Origin: the human T2T-CHM13v2.0 reference genome, Homo sapiens | DNA: 64,000 nt | Direction: 5' to 3' (one strand) | NCBI RefSeq assembly: GCF_009914755.1 | Contig: NC_060926.1 | Shown here: one piece after another, positions 61,050-64,000 of the stretch | Layout of the letters: each line of letters begins with the position of its first letter | Position numbering within the stretch: the first letter of the stretch is position 1 | Notes under the pieces: model-generated | The model's input: the letters and a program-made list of their open reading frames with translations, nothing else | Database searches by the model: none | What the model was told of the DNA's origin: nothing | Position numbers and translations under genes: made by a program

Positions 61050-61730
61050 CTGATGGTTCTAGAGCTGGGAAGGGTTGCAGTGGAAGAAAGGTTGGTTAAT
61101 GGGTATAAAATAGATGGAAGGAAAAAGTGCTAGGGTTGTATAGCACAGTAGCATGACTATAGTTAACAATAATCCCACTGGGCCTTGTGTTTAAGAGCAG
61201 GGTCTCTGAAGCCATCCTTGTTGAAGACAGTTTTGCCCAAGGGGATATCACAGAGTATTTGTGGGCATGAAATGATTGTATTTATAAATTTGCGCAACAG
61301 ACTTGATCTTTGACCTTTTGGTGATCTTCTTGCCTATGGCACCTGTCACTTTGTAGGGACAGTGGTCAATTCCAGACACCAGAGATACGGTTGTAGGGGT
61401 GATCTGAAGTGCCGTCATCGATGTTCTACATGATGATGTGTTGGCTTTGAGTCCAGAGTAGCATCAGGCCAGGACCAGCACCACTCTCCCAGGTTTCACA
61501 AACTTGCCCATTTCGACAACAACCAAGTAGGCCTACATCAGAAAGGAAGAAGGGGCACTTCTGCTAACTGTATATTTCAAAAAAGTTAGAAGATTTGAGA
61601 TGTTCCCAAAACAAATTATAAATGTTTGAGGTAATAGATATCCTAATTACCCTGATTTGATCATTGCACATTGTATGCATGTATAAAACTATCATATGTA
61701 CTCCATACATTTGTATAATTATCAATAAAC
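61050..61730 (+). mobile_element. L1MA-type 3' UTR fragment split by the RPL27 retrocopy
   Basis: GACTATAGTTAACAATAAT (to 61173) resumes as CTGTATATTTCAAAA...ACCCTGATTTGATCATT after 61565. Confidence 0.8.
61173..61564 (-). pseudogene. RPL27 processed pseudogene, 3'-truncated
   Basis: Reverse strand reads pyrimidine-rich leader, GAAATGGGCAAG (ATG at 61511), MGKFVKPGRVVLVLA...NIDDGTSD...[11 protein letters not shown]...FRDPALKHKAQW, with frameshifts; intronless. Confidence 0.93.
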
Positions 61731-62721
61731 AAATTTAAGATATCTATTGCATATGAAAGAAATAAAAAGAAATGAATGCAAACTTAAGTATTCATAAGAG
61801 GATAAAAATATGAGTTTAAAGTGATAAGATAGCAAAAATGGTAAGACAATAATGTATGCTAAGATTAATCAATATAAGCCAATTAAAACCAGAAGGTAAA
61901 AGATTGAATAATAAAGTGATACAATGTTTAAATAATATAATAAAATAATCTAATATTAATGAATTTTAAAAACAAAATCACACTAAACTGAAAGAAGTAA
62001 ATAAGGTAGATACCCAGATTAAATCTTCACGTTAACATTCTGTAAGAATGAGAATAAAAAGAGTTTTCTGAGCTGAGGAAGTTTCATAGCTTTAGTGACT
62101 GTCTGAAGATTGCTGAGAGGTAGAAGACAATATCTATTTAATGGTGCCATTTTCCCCTGGTTTCTCACACTTGAAAAAGCAGCAGCTCTTAGATATTTTA
62201 AAAGGAATATAAGGAGTTTTGGGGTTGTTTCTTTGTTGTCATGTTTTTGGAAGTTCTTAGTTACGGTCTCATCGTGACCATCTCAGAATGATAGCCTCAG
62301 ACCCACAGTCTACATGACTTCTGGCTCTCCCACACGTAATTAAGTGTTCATGTTCTAATTCCAAATCCCCAAGAAAGAGTATCTAATTGCTTCAGTCATT
62401 TATGTTCTGGGGACAGGGTTGGGAGTGAAGGAACAGGGTCAAATAGTACAAAGGATCTGTTCCTTCCAGGGTTATAAGCAGGACAGATTCTCAAAGAAGA
62501 AATTATTGGCATCTCTGATACATGTTGTGAATAATTTTAATTTTTATATGTAATGTGAATAATCACAGATAAAGCAAAGGATTTTTTTTTAAGTCTCAGT
62601 GTCTTCCACTGTACTTGTGAATTATGTGAACACAGTAATGGTAGCTTCATAGAGTGGTCACAAAATGAGAACATATTGATGTCTAGATAGAATTATCTTA
62701 AGTAAATCTCTGGATTGAAGA

Positions 62722-63140
62722 TTTCAGCATGTTCTCACTTATTTGTGGGATCTAAAAATCATGTCAATTGAACTCACGAACACAGAGAGTAGTAGGATGG
62801 TTACCAGATGCTGGGAAGCGTAGTAGGAGGTTAGGGAGGAAGTAGGGATGGTTAATAGGTACAAAAAAAAAAATAGAAAGAATGAATAAGACCTACTATT
62901 TGATAGCACAATTGGGTGACTATAGTCAATAATAACTTAAATTTATTTTTTAAATAACCTAAATAATGTAATTTGATTATTTGTAACTCAAAGAATAAAT
63001 GCTTGAGGGGATACATACCCCATTTGTATGATGTGCTTATTTCACATTGCATGCCTGTATCAAAACATCTCATGTACCCTGTAAATATATACATCTACTC
63101 TGTACCCTCAAAAATTTTAAAAAGTTTTAAAAAATTATAA
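62722..63140 (+). mobile_element. L1MA-type 3' end
   Basis: CATGTTCTCACTTATTTGTGGGA...GGTTAATAGGTACAAAAAA...CATCTCATGTACCC, A-rich end. Confidence 0.85.
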
Positions 63141-64000
63141 AATGTTATCAAATGATGATTTTAATTCTACCCCATAAAATTAAATAAGCATTGTATTTCA
63201 CCTTTTAAAATAAGTCCATTCATGGTATGTAGATATTAAAACTAAATATTTTAGGAAAATTGCTTTTGTTCTATGTACATGTTTAGCATTACTTCCTGTG
63301 TAATTTTAAAATCTGAAATTCTTCTAGCATACAGAGTAAGTAGATTATGATATATTGAAGGATTAAGCTTCACTGTCTTGTGTCAGATTAATCTCTCAAA
63401 CATAGATTGTCACTTGACCTGATAGAAATATGACTGTAATTCACCAAAAAAATTCAATGGATAAGTAACCATTTCATTATTTTATGTAGAATGAAGAATG
63501 TATGCTTCTTGACTGATTGTATAATTCTCCAAATTAAATTTAAATAAACCTCATAATCACGCATTTTTCTCAGAGTTTCATAAGGATTCATGGAAAAGGT
63601 ATCTCTGATAGCTTATGTGGTGAAATAGAACAATATACATATTCTGTGATTCTTCCCACTTTATTAGGCTTAAAGTGTGTTAAAGTTACTGAATGAGGAT
63701 AATTTTGTATTTTTATATAAAAGTTTCTGCATTATTTTAAACTTAAATTTTCTCATGAAACAAGTACAGATAAACTTTTGCATTTAAACAAAATAGTTAA
63801 TACTATGAGAACATTACTCCATTTGCTTATATGTTTTTGAATGAAATAGGTAAAATTATATGCATATAAATGAATGTTAAAAGGGAGTGTGAAAAATAAA
63901 GATAGCAGTGAGGATTATAGTTTGAAATTAATGTGTATTTAATAGTTAAAGGAAATTTAAATAAAGTAAAGCAATGTGTTTTTGTCCTAACGGGAGGTTG

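Overview
Mammalian, almost certainly human, genomic DNA containing the complete OTX1 homeobox gene on the + strand (CDS join 6068..6164, 7124..7275, 8578..9393 = 354 aa). The gene has two candidate alternative non-coding first exons, one non-coding second exon and a poly(A) signal at 10889. It sits in a CpG-rich block (about 0.5-13.1 kb). The remaining ~51 kb is AT-rich, has no intact protein-coding gene, and is dominated by L1, Alu, LTR and DNA-transposon fossils. I found no evidence of a new multi-gene system. The most notable observations are: (1) a near full-length, heavily decayed BAIAP2L1 (IRTKS) retrocopy split by an L1 with a perfect 13-bp target-site duplication; (2) an OTX1 5' leader in which two uORFs and a 37-codon open stretch all lie in the main reading frame, so skipping exon 2 would give an N-terminally extended OTX1; (3) an RPL27 retrocopy that is 3'-truncated with no poly(A) or TSD; (4) several small templated rearrangements and homeodomain-site clusters. 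Repeat subfamily names and parent-gene matches come from recalled consensus sequences, not from a search.
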